Shown one piece after another: positions 26,009-34,154 of a stretch of DNA of 64,000 nucleotides. Position numbers and translations under genes: made by a program. The stretch comes from Acidimicrobiia bacterium (GTDB taxonomy: Bacteria > Actinomycetota > Acidimicrobiia > Spongiisociales > ZC4RG35), in the NCBI GenBank assembly GCA_035292685.1, contig DATDPP010000040.1, positions 65,398-129,397 on the forward strand, read 5' to 3'. The notes under the pieces were generated by a model. The model ran no database searches and was not told the origin of the DNA. It saw nothing but the letters and a program-made list of their open reading frames with translations. The stretch's first letter is position 1, and each line of letters begins with the position of its first letter.

Positions 26009-26896
26009 ATGACCGAACATCGGAGAATCCTGATCGACGGGGGCCCGCTCGACGTTCGACGCGACGGTAACGACCTGGTGGCCGCCGACGGCCGGAGGTT
26101 CGACGTCGGGTCAGCCGATCATCTCCCTCCCACCGAGCCGTCGAAGGTACTCGCGGTCCACCTCAACTACCGGAGCAGGGTTGAGGAATTCATGACCCGG
26201 CTCCCCTCCGCACCGACCTACTTCCAGAAGCCCACCTCGGCGCTCAACTGGCATCTCGGCGAGGTGATCCGGCCCCCCGGCTGCAAGTACCTCAATTACG
26301 AGGGGGAGATCGCCATCGTCATCGGGGAGACATGCAAGGACGTCGCCCCGGCCGATGCAGAGGCCTACATCGCCGGCTACACCATCGCCAACGACTACGG
26401 GCTCCACGACTTTCGCGACACCGATGCAGGCTCGATGCTTCGGGTCAAGGGATCGGACACCCTCTGCCCGCTGGGACCGGGTCTCGTGGACGATTGGGAC
26501 TTTCGGAACAAGCGGATCAGGACCCTGGTCAACAATCAGGTGAGACAAGAGGACACCACCTCCGAGATGGAGTGGGACATGGCCTACCTGGTGGCAGACC
26601 TGGCCCGTACCATCACCTTGCTCCCGGGTGACGTGATCCTGAGCGGGACGCCGGCCGGCTCCCGGCCGGTAATGCCGGGAGATGTGGTGACCGTTGAAGT
26701 GGAAGGGTTGGGGGCATTGACCAACACCATCGTCGAGGGCGAATCCCCGATCCGAGCCGACGTCGGCGCCCAACCCAGCGAATCCGAAGAGGTGGTCTCC
26801 ACCGCCCTCGGCGGAGACTGGGAGCTCAGGGGAATCCGTGCCCCACACGGTGCCGAGGCCAGACATGGCGAATCGGGAGAGCAGTTGGCTTCGTGA
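26009..26896 (+). CDS. Fumarylacetoacetate hydrolase (FAH)-family enzyme, HpaG/HpcE-like
   Basis: 295 aa. YEGEIAIVIG, IAGYTIANDYG and LLPGDVILSGTPAG are motifs of the single-domain FAH isomerase/decarboxylase family. Confidence 0.75.
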   Translation: MTEHRRILIDGGPLDVRRDGNDLVAADGRRFDVGSADHLPPTEPSKVLAVHLNYRSRVEEFMTRLPSAPTYFQKPTSALNWHLGEVIRPPGCKYLNYEGEIAIVIGETCKDVAPADAEAYIAGYTIANDYGLHDFRDTDAGSMLRVKGSDTLCPLGPGLVDDWDFRNKRIRTLVNNQVRQEDTTSEMEWDMAYLVADLARTITLLPGDVILSGTPAGSRPVMPGDVVTVEVEGLGALTNTIVEGESPIRADVGAQPSESEEVVSTALGGDWELRGIRAPHGAEARHGESGEQLAS

Positions 26897-27438
26897 GCCT
26901 TGTTGTCGCCCTGCTCCGAGGCGTCAACGTCGGGGGCCGCGCCCGATTGCCGATGGCTGAGCTGCGCACCACGCTCTCGAATCTCGGATTCAAAGATGTC
27001 CGGACCTATTCACAGAGCGGCAACGTCGTCCTCGACCCAGGCGGCCGGCACCTTCAGGACCTCCCCGACGCGCTTCAAATCGCCATCGCCGAGGGATTCG
27101 GGCTCGAGATCCGGGTCATAGTTCGGATCCGGGAGGATCTTGCCGCCGTGACAACGTCCCACCCATTTCTCGATGGCGAGCCGGACCGCTCCCGTCTCCA
27201 CGTGGTCTTCCTGGAAGGGACGCCAGATGCCGTCAAGATCGCCGGGCTCGACCCCGACCGCTCCCCACCGGACCGGTTCGAGGTGAAAGGGCGCGAGATC
27301 TACTTGAGTTATCCAAACGGACAGGGCCGCAGCAAACTGAGTCTCGACTACTTCGAACGTGTGCTGGGTATGGCCGGAACCGCGCGTAATTCGAACACCG
27401 TCACCAAGCTCCTCGAGATGGTGAGTCGAGACACATGA
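26893..27438 (+). CDS. DUF1697-domain protein
   Basis: N-terminus SLVVALLRGVNVGGRARLPMAELR is characteristic of DUF1697. The GTG start overlaps the FAH stop (GTGA). Confidence 0.75.
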   Translation: MSLVVALLRGVNVGGRARLPMAELRTTLSNLGFKDVRTYSQSGNVVLDPGGRHLQDLPDALQIAIAEGFGLEIRVIVRIREDLAAVTTSHPFLDGEPDRSRLHVVFLEGTPDAVKIAGLDPDRSPPDRFEVKGREIYLSYPNGQGRSKLSLDYFERVLGMAGTARNSNTVTKLLEMVSRDT

Positions 27439-27441
27439 CGA

Positions 27442-27873
27442 TCAGGCGAGCACTGCCTGAACGGAGATCTCCACGTTGCCTTTCAATGCATTGGAGACCG
27501 GGCAACCATCCTTCGCCACGGCTGCGGCTTCCTGAAACTCCTCGGCGCCGATCCCGGGCACGTTACCCCTGACGCTCAAGGCCATCGTGGTGAGCCGCCA
27601 CCCCGGTTCCATCTTCTCGAAGGTGGCCTCGGCGGTGGTGTCGAGCCGAGCTGGTGGGAAGCCTCGGCCCGAGAGGCCATTGGAGAAGGCCATCGAGTAG
27701 CACGCCGCATGTGCCGCGGCGATCAACTCCTCGGGGCTGGTCTTTCCGTTGGCGGCCTCAGTCCGGCTCGGCCAGCTGACCGGGAGGTCAGACGCCACGC
27801 CACTAGCGAGGCTGGCCGTCCCCGACCCGGTGAAGAGATCCCCTTCCCAGGTGGCAGTGGCACGACTTTGCAT
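27442..27873 (-). CDS. osmC: OsmC-family peroxiredoxin
   Basis: 143 aa. WEGDLFTGSGT, SPEELIAAAHAACYSMAF and KDGCPVSNAL align along the full length with E. coli OsmC, including both catalytic Cys. Confidence 0.85.
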   Translation of the reverse strand: MQSRATATWEGDLFTGSGTASLASGVASDLPVSWPSRTEAANGKTSPEELIAAAHAACYSMAFSNGLSGRGFPPARLDTTAEATFEKMEPGWRLTTMALSVRGNVPGIGAEEFQEAAAVAKDGCPVSNALKGNVEISVQAVLA

Positions 27874-27939
27874 GGATGCTCCTGTCTGTCGACGTCCAAG
27901 CAGAGCCTACGTAACCCGGCCCCCGGGGTCCGAATCGAC

Positions 27940-28290
27940 CTATACGCCGACGGAGACCGGGGGCATGAGGACCTGGCGGATCTCGTCGAGACGCTGCGAC
28001 ACCACTCGATAGTGAACCCATCGACCCTCACGATTCCCGGTCACCAGACCGGCCTCGCGCAGGATCTTGAGATGGTGTGACACAGTCGGCTGACTGAGTC
28101 CCAGAGGTGACTCGAGCTCGCAGCCACAAGCAGTTCCGCCCGGTGCCGCGGCCAGCAAGGAGACGATTCGGAGACGGACCGGGTCGCCGAGCGCGGCTAT
28201 CGCCTTTGCGGTCTCCACCGCATCCTTCTCCTCGATGACCCCCTCGAACACTGGCGTGCAACAGAACTCCATGCCCATATATTGACACAT
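27940..28290 (-). CDS. ArsR/SmtB-family metalloregulator or thiol-sensing repressor
   Basis: wHTH core RLRIVSLLAAAPGGTACGCELESPLGLSQPTVSHHLKILREAGLV. It has a CGC in the alpha3 CxC position and an N-terminal CC pair (MEFCC). The true start could be Met1, Met5 or Met7. Confidence 0.85.
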   Translation of the reverse strand: MCQYMGMEFCCTPVFEGVIEEKDAVETAKAIAALGDPVRLRIVSLLAAAPGGTACGCELESPLGLSQPTVSHHLKILREAGLVTGNREGRWVHYRVVSQRLDEIRQVLMPPVSVGV

Positions 28291-28332
28291 CTCGATTCAT
28301 CGACCAAGATAAATATATCGAAGGTCATCGAT
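28277..28332. promoter_or_regulatory. AT-rich divergent control region with dyad symmetry and a -35-like TTGACA
   Basis: Dyad ATATATT (28277-28283) ... TCGAT (28292-28296) / ATCGA (28299-28303) ... AATATAT (28312-28318), symmetric about 28297/28298. Second repeat ATCGA (28317-28321) N6 TCGAT (28328-28332). TTGACA at 28282-28287 with CAAGAT 17 nt downstream. Confidence 0.4.
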
Positions 28333-28347
28333 CTAAAAGGAGATGAG

Positions 28348-28407
28348 ATGACCATCCACGAAGACCCATCTGGATGTTGCGGTGGTGGCGGCTGCTGCTG
28401 CTGCTGA
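28348..28407 (+). CDS. Poly-cysteine micro-ORF, 19 aa: MTIHEDPSGCCGGGGCCCC
   Basis: Not in the track (under 60 aa). ATG 28348 is preceded by AAAGGAG (28336-28342). Stop is TGA 28405-28407, and a terminator hairpin follows 16 nt later. Six Cys and five Gly fall in the last 11 residues. Coding status is inferred only from signal architecture. Confidence 0.5.
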   Translation: MTIHEDPSGCCGGGGCCCC

Positions 28408-28423
28408 CAGATGACCCGGCCCG

Positions 28424-28448
28424 GGCGCTGCTCTAGCCGAGCAGCGCC
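28424..28448. terminator. Bidirectional hairpin between the micro-ORF and the convergent nuclease gene
   Basis: GGCGCTGCTC (28424-28433), loop TAGCC, GAGCAGCGCC (28439-28448) form a perfect 10-bp stem. The loop/stem contains the nuclease stop codon (CTA 28433-28435 on the + strand). Confidence 0.55.
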
Positions 28449-29215
28449 TCGGTCGCCTGACCCTCGGCACACTCTGCGAGGAGCGGGCAGTAGCGACACC
28501 AGGGCCCGCCGGTTCGCAACGGCTCCACACCCGAGGACCACGCCCGGCGAATCTCGTTGACCAGGCCGCCAACCTCTGTGGCCACCCGGTTGATGTCTCC
28601 CGAGGAGGGGACGGTGCGGTAGCGCTCCCCGGTCCGCACCGACACCGCCTCTACATACGCCGGTATCTCGCCCTTCTCCATGGTCCAGAGCAGTGCGTAG
28701 AACAGAAGCTGATCCTCGGGCTCACCGAGGTCTCCCGTCTTCCAATCGACGAGCCGATGCCCGCCGAGATCCTCCCGATAGACGGCATCCACTGATCCGA
28801 CCAATTCCACGCCCTCCGCCGGCTCGCTGACGACCGACACCTCTGATCCCTCGAATCCCTCGGTAGGCAGCCTGGTGAAGCGCTCGTACAAGCCGCGCAC
28901 CTCCTCAATCACGGAGGCGAGGATCGAAGGCTTCAACTCGAGGCCCGCCAGCTTGTTGTTGAGCGGCGATCCACCGATCTCCTCCTTGCACGCCTGAACG
29001 AACTCTTCGGAGCCGATCGGGCCCCCGGTCAGGTGCCGGCTGAAGATTCGGTGGGCCAGGCTCCCGAGGAAAGCTGGTCGGGTGTCAGGGCCGTAGATCC
29101 CCTGTAGACGGGCGTTCGCCTGCCCGGCGCATTTCTTGTACGTGACGTAAATGGACGCCGAAACTCGAATACGGTCGCCATCGATCACTGTTGGGAACAC
29201 CACCGTCACCAACAT
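28433..29215 (-). CDS. PD-(D/E)XK nuclease, Cas4/AddB-like with predicted 4Fe-4S cysteine signature
   Basis: 260 aa. VDAVY ... RLVDWKTG (D...(D/E)xK). One N-terminal Cys (KKCAG) plus C-terminal CRYCPLLAEC (CxxCx5C). Confidence 0.7.
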   Translation of the reverse strand: MLVTVVFPTVIDGDRIRVSASIYVTYKKCAGQANARLQGIYGPDTRPAFLGSLAHRIFSRHLTGGPIGSEEFVQACKEEIGGSPLNNKLAGLELKPSILASVIEEVRGLYERFTRLPTEGFEGSEVSVVSEPAEGVELVGSVDAVYREDLGGHRLVDWKTGDLGEPEDQLLFYALLWTMEKGEIPAYVEAVSVRTGERYRTVPSSGDINRVATEVGGLVNEIRRAWSSGVEPLRTGGPWCRYCPLLAECAEGQATEALLG

Positions 29216-29316
29216 CGAGAGTAGACGCAGTCATGCCGGGGCGAGTGGGACTAGGAACCCACCCCCGGTTACCATCCGCCAGCCCATCCACAAGGTCGTT
29301 TGGGGCGGCCTTCTGA

Positions 29317-31221
29317 ATGAACAAACACGTCTTCGCACGGACAACTACATGGATCGCCCTCGTCGTGGTTTTAGGGGCGGTCATCGCATTCCTCCTCGGT
29401 CTTTATGGACTAACCCGGTTCATGTCGAGAGGCGAGGTGATGGGTCGCGTCGAGGTGGCCTCGACTCCGATCGGGGGCCTCGACACCGAACAGGCCCTGA
29501 CCGCTCTGGTGGCTGTCGAGGACGTCTACGTGTCGCGCCCCGCCATCTTCACAGTCGACGGTGAAGTAGTGAACGTGATCCCCCATGAAACGGGCCTCGA
29601 AATCGACGATGAGGCAATAGTCGAAGATGCAATGGCAGTAGGGCGCCAGGGCAACGTGATCTCCCAGTTCGCCTGGTGGCTGGGCCATGTCTTCGCCACG
29701 GTCGAGGTGCCGGTATCGGGCTCGGTGGACGACGAATCAGTCGACGCCATCTTCGATATGTGGGATGCCGAGGTCATTGCCAGCCCGGCCAACCCGGGCG
29801 GAATCGAGTTGGTCGACGAGGAGCTGGTGCCGGTGTACCCGGCGACCGGCAAGGCCGTCGAACGGCCAACTGCGGCCGTCATCGTCGAATCGTCGATGTT
29901 GGCCAGTGAGGCGCAGAACCTCATCATCCCGGTGGCCACCGTCGAGCCCGACCTCACGAACGCCGACGTCGACGCGGCATTGGCTGAAGCCGAGGAGTTG
30001 CTCTCGGACTCGATCGAACTCGCCCACAACGGCACTGAGGTCATCTTCACCCGGGCTCAACTCCACGAGGCGTTTCGCTCCGAGACCGCTGTCGAAGACA
30101 CCACACATATCGACAACTTCTTTGATCCGGCGGTGGTCGACGAGCTCCTGGAACCGGTTCGGGCCGACTTCGAGGCAGAGCCGGTGAACGCCGAATTCGA
30201 GATCTCGGGTAACGAGATCAGCATCGTCCCCGGGGCAAACGGAACCGAAATCGACGCGGTGGAGACCGCCCGTCGTCTCGCCGTCGCCGGGCTCACCAGC
30301 CAGCGGACCGGCGAGCTGCCACTGGTCGAGGGCGCCGAGCCCGACGTCACCACGGAATACCTGGACAGTCTCGGCATCGAGCACCTGGTCTCGCAGTTCA
30401 CCACGTATCACGACTGCTGCCAGCCAAGGGTGACCAACATCCACACCATGGCGGACACCGTCGACGGGACGATCGTGCTTTCTGGAGATACCTTCAGCCT
30501 CAACGACACGGTCGGGCAGCGAACGCTCGAGGATGGATACGTCCTGGCACCGGGGATCCTCGGTGGAGTGCTGGAGGAGTCCCTCGGTGGAGGCGTCAGC
30601 CAATTCACGACCACGCTCTACAACGCGGTGTTTTGGGGGGGATACGAGGACGTGGAGCACAGACCACACTCCTACTACTTCTCCCGCTATCCGGAGGGCA
30701 TCGAAGCCACCCTGAGCTGGACGAGCCCCGATCTCCGGTTCCGCAACAACGGGAGTGGCGCGCTGTTGATCGACACCAGGTACACCGACGGCTCGATCAC
30801 GGTGCGGATCTTCGGGAACAACGATGGCCGGATCATGAAGGGTGAGCAGAGCGGGGGGGATACCTCGATCTGGACTGACGGCGAAGGAGGCCCCGATGCC
30901 CTCCACGTGAAAGGCGAAGTGTCCGAACGCTACGGCCTCACCGATCCCCCGCCACCCAAATACGTCGCCAACCCCGAGCTCGATGTGGACGAGCAGCATC
31001 AGACCCAGATCGAGGGAGGCGGATGGAGTGTGACAGTCACCCGGGAGATCTGGCGTGGCGACGAATTGGTCGACTCCCAGGAGTGGGTGGTCAGGTACGC
31101 CCCCAAGTTCGCGGTCTTCGAGGTCCACCCCTGCAAGCTCCCGGAAACCGCGGTCGCCTGTCCCTCCACGACACTTCCCGCGAGCACCACGGTGCCGGCC
31201 ACCCCGACGACGACTTACTAG
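29317..31221 (+). CDS. VanW-family protein, membrane anchored
   Basis: 634 aa with an N-terminal TM helix. VanW core: LSGDTFSLNDTVGQRTLEDGYVLAPGI ... GGGVSQFTTTLYNAVFWGGYEDVEHRPHSYYFSRYPEGIEATL. Confidence 0.8.
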   Translation: MNKHVFARTTTWIALVVVLGAVIAFLLGLYGLTRFMSRGEVMGRVEVASTPIGGLDTEQALTALVAVEDVYVSRPAIFTVDGEVVNVIPHETGLEIDDEAIVEDAMAVGRQGNVISQFAWWLGHVFATVEVPVSGSVDDESVDAIFDMWDAEVIASPANPGGIELVDEELVPVYPATGKAVERPTAAVIVESSMLASEAQNLIIPVATVEPDLTNADVDAALAEAEELLSDSIELAHNGTEVIFTRAQLHEAFRSETAVEDTTHIDNFFDPAVVDELLEPVRADFEAEPVNAEFEISGNEISIVPGANGTEIDAVETARRLAVAGLTSQRTGELPLVEGAEPDVTTEYLDSLGIEHLVSQFTTYHDCCQPRVTNIHTMADTVDGTIVLSGDTFSLNDTVGQRTLEDGYVLAPGILGGVLEESLGGGVSQFTTTLYNAVFWGGYEDVEHRPHSYYFSRYPEGIEATLSWTSPDLRFRNNGSGALLIDTRYTDGSITVRIFGNNDGRIMKGEQSGGDTSIWTDGEGGPDALHVKGEVSERYGLTDPPPPKYVANPELDVDEQHQTQIEGGGWSVTVTREIWRGDELVDSQEWVVRYAPKFAVFEVHPCKLPETAVACPSTTLPASTTVPATPTTTY

Positions 31222-31233
31222 GCGTGCTCGCTA

Positions 31234-32667
31234 TCAGGAGCCGAAGCCACCGGGATGGTCGCCGATCACCTGGACTTTGAGCAGATTGGTCGAGGCCTGA
31301 AGATTGGGAGGCACCCCGGCGACCATCACCACCGTGTCGCCCGATGCCGCCAATCCCTCGCTCTCGAGGATCGAGGAAGCTGCCGCCATCTCGTCGTCGG
31401 TGTAGTCGCACCGCTCGAACTCATGGGGAAAGACACCCCAAAAGAGCGCCATACGGCGCAATGTGGCCTCGTTCGGGCTGAAGGCGATCATTCGGCCCTC
31501 AGGCCGGTACTTGGAGATGAGCCGAGCGGTGTTGCCGGATTCGGTGAAGGCGACGATGGCCGTGGCTCCCAGGTTGACCGCCACCTCGGTGGCTGCCTGG
31601 GCGACCGCGGAGGCAACTGTGTTCCCATCCCCGACGAAGGGGATCGGGTGGTGGCCCCGATCGGAGAGGGTGTCTTCCTCGACGACGCGGCAGATCTCGG
31701 CCATGGCGGCAACGGCCTGTGCCGGATAGTCGCCAACGGCAGTCTCACCTGAGAGCATCACCGCGTCTGTCCCGGCGATGACAGCGGTGGCGACGTCGGT
31801 GACCTCGGCCCGGGTAGGCCGGGGGCTCTTGGTCATCGACTCCAGCATCTCAGTGGCGGTTATGGAAATCCGGCCGGCGGCATTGGTGCGTCTGAGGATG
31901 TCGGCCTGGATCAACGGGATCCTCTCCAGCGGAAGCTGGACGCCGAGATCGCCCCTCGCCACCATCACCCCGAACGAAGGCTCAAGGATGTTGTCGAGAT
32001 TCTCATAGGCCTGAGCCAGTTCGATCTTGGCGATCACCGGCACGCCTCCCGACAGCTCACTGACCCGTCTCACGTCGTCGCCGCTGCGCACAAAGGAGGC
32101 GGCAACGTAGTCGACCCCGAGCTCTCGGCCGAAGGCGAGGTCGACCTCGTCCTTGGGGGTGACGCTTTCCGTGGAGAGAACACTGTCGGGGAAGGCGACC
32201 CCTTTGTGGTCCGAGAGATCCCCGCCCGTGTGCACCTCGGCCACCAATCCACTATCGGAGAGCCCGATGACGTCGAGGTGGATGAGCCCATCGGCGAGCA
32301 GCACGCGGTGACCGGGCAGAACGTCGGTGAGGAGCTGGTCGTAGCCGACAGGAATGACATCGCGCTCCCCGAGCTCGCTGCCCGCGACGAGATGGACCTG
32401 GTCGCCCTTCTTGAGGCGGATGGCGCCCGAGGGGAACTCGCCAACCCGCAGCTTCGGGCCCTGGACGTCCTGGAGAATGGCCACCACCCTCCCTGCCTCC
32501 CGGGCCGCCTGTCTCACCCATCCGGCGAGGGCCCGATGGAATTCATGATCGCCATGGGAGAAGTTGAGCCGGGCGACATCCATCCCGGCGTCGACAAGCG
32601 CACGAATGCTCGGCTTGTCGGCCACTGCCGGTCCCAGGGTGGCGATGATCTTGGTATGCCGATGCAT
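31234..32667 (-). CDS. pyk: Pyruvate kinase
   Basis: 477 aa. MHRHTKIIATLGPA, MDVARLNFSHG, MVARGDLGVQLP. Confidence 0.95.
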   Translation of the reverse strand: MHRHTKIIATLGPAVADKPSIRALVDAGMDVARLNFSHGDHEFHRALAGWVRQAAREAGRVVAILQDVQGPKLRVGEFPSGAIRLKKGDQVHLVAGSELGERDVIPVGYDQLLTDVLPGHRVLLADGLIHLDVIGLSDSGLVAEVHTGGDLSDHKGVAFPDSVLSTESVTPKDEVDLAFGRELGVDYVAASFVRSGDDVRRVSELSGGVPVIAKIELAQAYENLDNILEPSFGVMVARGDLGVQLPLERIPLIQADILRRTNAAGRISITATEMLESMTKSPRPTRAEVTDVATAVIAGTDAVMLSGETAVGDYPAQAVAAMAEICRVVEEDTLSDRGHHPIPFVGDGNTVASAVAQAATEVAVNLGATAIVAFTESGNTARLISKYRPEGRMIAFSPNEATLRRMALFWGVFPHEFERCDYTDDEMAAASSILESEGLAASGDTVVMVAGVPPNLQASTNLLKVQVIGDHPGGFGS

Positions 32668-32705
32668 CTCGCGCGAAGCTAACCGATGTCGCGTCTTTCT
32701 CCTGG

Positions 32706-34154
32706 TCAGGCCAGAAGCTGCTCCCGGAGCAACTCGTCGACCATTCTGGGATCAGCCTTGCCCTGGGTTGCTCTCATCACCTGGCCCACCAGGAAGCCAA
32801 CGACTTTCTCGTCGCCTCCGCGATACCCCTCGACCGCCTTGGGGTTGGCCGCCAACACCTCGGCGACCAGAGTCTCCAAAGATGCCCGGTCACTGATCTG
32901 GATCAAGTCCCTGGTCTCGGCAACCTCGGCAGGGCGCCCTTCCCCACTGAGCACACCATCGAGGACGTCTTTGGCGGCCGACGACGAGATCCTTCCCTCG
33001 CCAACCATCCCGACCAGCTCGGCCAGGGCGGCGCCGTCGAGCTGGAGCTCGATTGGGTCCAGCTCGCGGCGGCGCAGCCAGGCGATCACGTCGCCAGTCA
33101 CCCAATTCGCGGCAGCCTTCGGATCGGCTCCCACCGTCACCGCGTCCTCGTAGATGTGGCGCAACGCCGGGTCCGCTGCGGCAAGGACACCAGCCAGGGC
33201 ATCACCAAGCCCGTCCCTTCGATACCGCTCGCGCCGCGAGGCGGGCAGCTCGGGCAACGTCTCCTGAATCTGACGCACCCATTCGCGATCCAACACCATC
33301 GGCACCAGGTCGGGCTCCACGAAATAGCGGTAGTCCGATGAGCCTTCCTTGGTCCTCATCGAATGGGTGACCCCGGCCTCCTCGTCCCAATGCCGGGTCT
33401 CCATGACCACCTTGCCACCTGAGTCGACCAGCCCGATCTGACGCGCGATTTCGTGTTCCACCGCCCGCTCCAGGGAGCGAAACGAATTCATGTTCTTGAC
33501 CTCGACCTTGGTGCCCAAATCCGTGCTGCCCTGGGGGCGGATCGAGACGTTGGCATCGAAGCGCATCGAGCCCTCTTCGAGACGGGCATCGGAGACACCG
33601 AGCTCGACAACCACCGAGCGCAGCTCCTGGGCGTAGGCCCTGGCCTCCTCGGCGCTCCGAATCTCAGGGCGGGAAACGATTTCGACCAGCGGCACCCCGG
33701 AGCGGTTGAAGTCGAGCAGGGTCGACTCGGCGGCATGGATCCGCCCCCCCGCCCCCACATGTGTCGATTTGCCGGTGTCCTCCTCCATGTGGGCGCGTTC
33801 GATCCCCACCCGGTGGCTTGCCCCCTCGACCTCGACGTCGAGATAGCCCCCGGTGCAAACCGGGTTGTCGAACTGGGAGATCTGATAGTTCTTGGGAAGG
33901 TCGGCGTAGAAGTAGTTCTTTCGATGGAACACCGACCGCGGGGAGACCTCACAGTTCAGGGCGAGCCCGATCGCCATGATCGACTCGATCGCCGCCCGAT
34001 TGGTCACGGGGAGGGCACCGGGAAGCCCGAGACAGGTCGGGCAGACATTGGTGTTGGGCTCGGCCCCGAACCCGACCGCACAACCACAGAACATCTTGGA
34101 GTCGGTGAGAAGCTCGACATGGACCTCGATCCCGATCACCGGCTCCCACCTCAC
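32706..34154 (-). CDS. gatB: Asp-tRNA(Asn)/Glu-tRNA(Gln) amidotransferase subunit B
   Basis: 482 aa. [26 protein letters not shown]-terminal GatB/YqeY domain. The start overlaps the gatA stop by 4 nt. Confidence 0.95.
   Translation of the reverse strand: MRWEPVIGIEVHVELLTDSKMFCGCAVGFGAEPNTNVCPTCLGLPGALPVTNRAAIESIMAIGLALNCEVSPRSVFHRKNYFYADLPKNYQISQFDNPVCTGGYLDVEVEGASHRVGIERAHMEEDTGKSTHVGAGGRIHAAESTLLDFNRSGVPLVEIVSRPEIRSAEEARAYAQELRSVVVELGVSDARLEEGSMRFDANVSIRPQGSTDLGTKVEVKNMNSFRSLERAVEHEIARQIGLVDSGGKVVMETRHWDEEAGVTHSMRTKEGSSDYRYFVEPDLVPMVLDREWVRQIQETLPELPASRRERYRRDGLGDALAGVLAAADPALRHIYEDAVTVGADPKAAANWVTGDVIAWLRRRELDPIELQLDGAALAELVGMVGEGRISSSAAKDVLDGVLSGEGRPAEVAETRDLIQISDRASLETLVAEVLAANPKAVEGYRGGDEKVVGFLVGQVMRATQGKADPRMVDELLREQLLA

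Noticed and set aside
28348-28407. The poly-Cys peptide as a RiPP precursor (for example thiopeptide or lanthipeptide-like).
   Set aside because: No cyclodehydratase, LanM/LanB/LanC, radical-SAM, protease or exporter genes are adjacent. The peptide has no leader/core organisation, and the context is a metal/thiol-type regulator.
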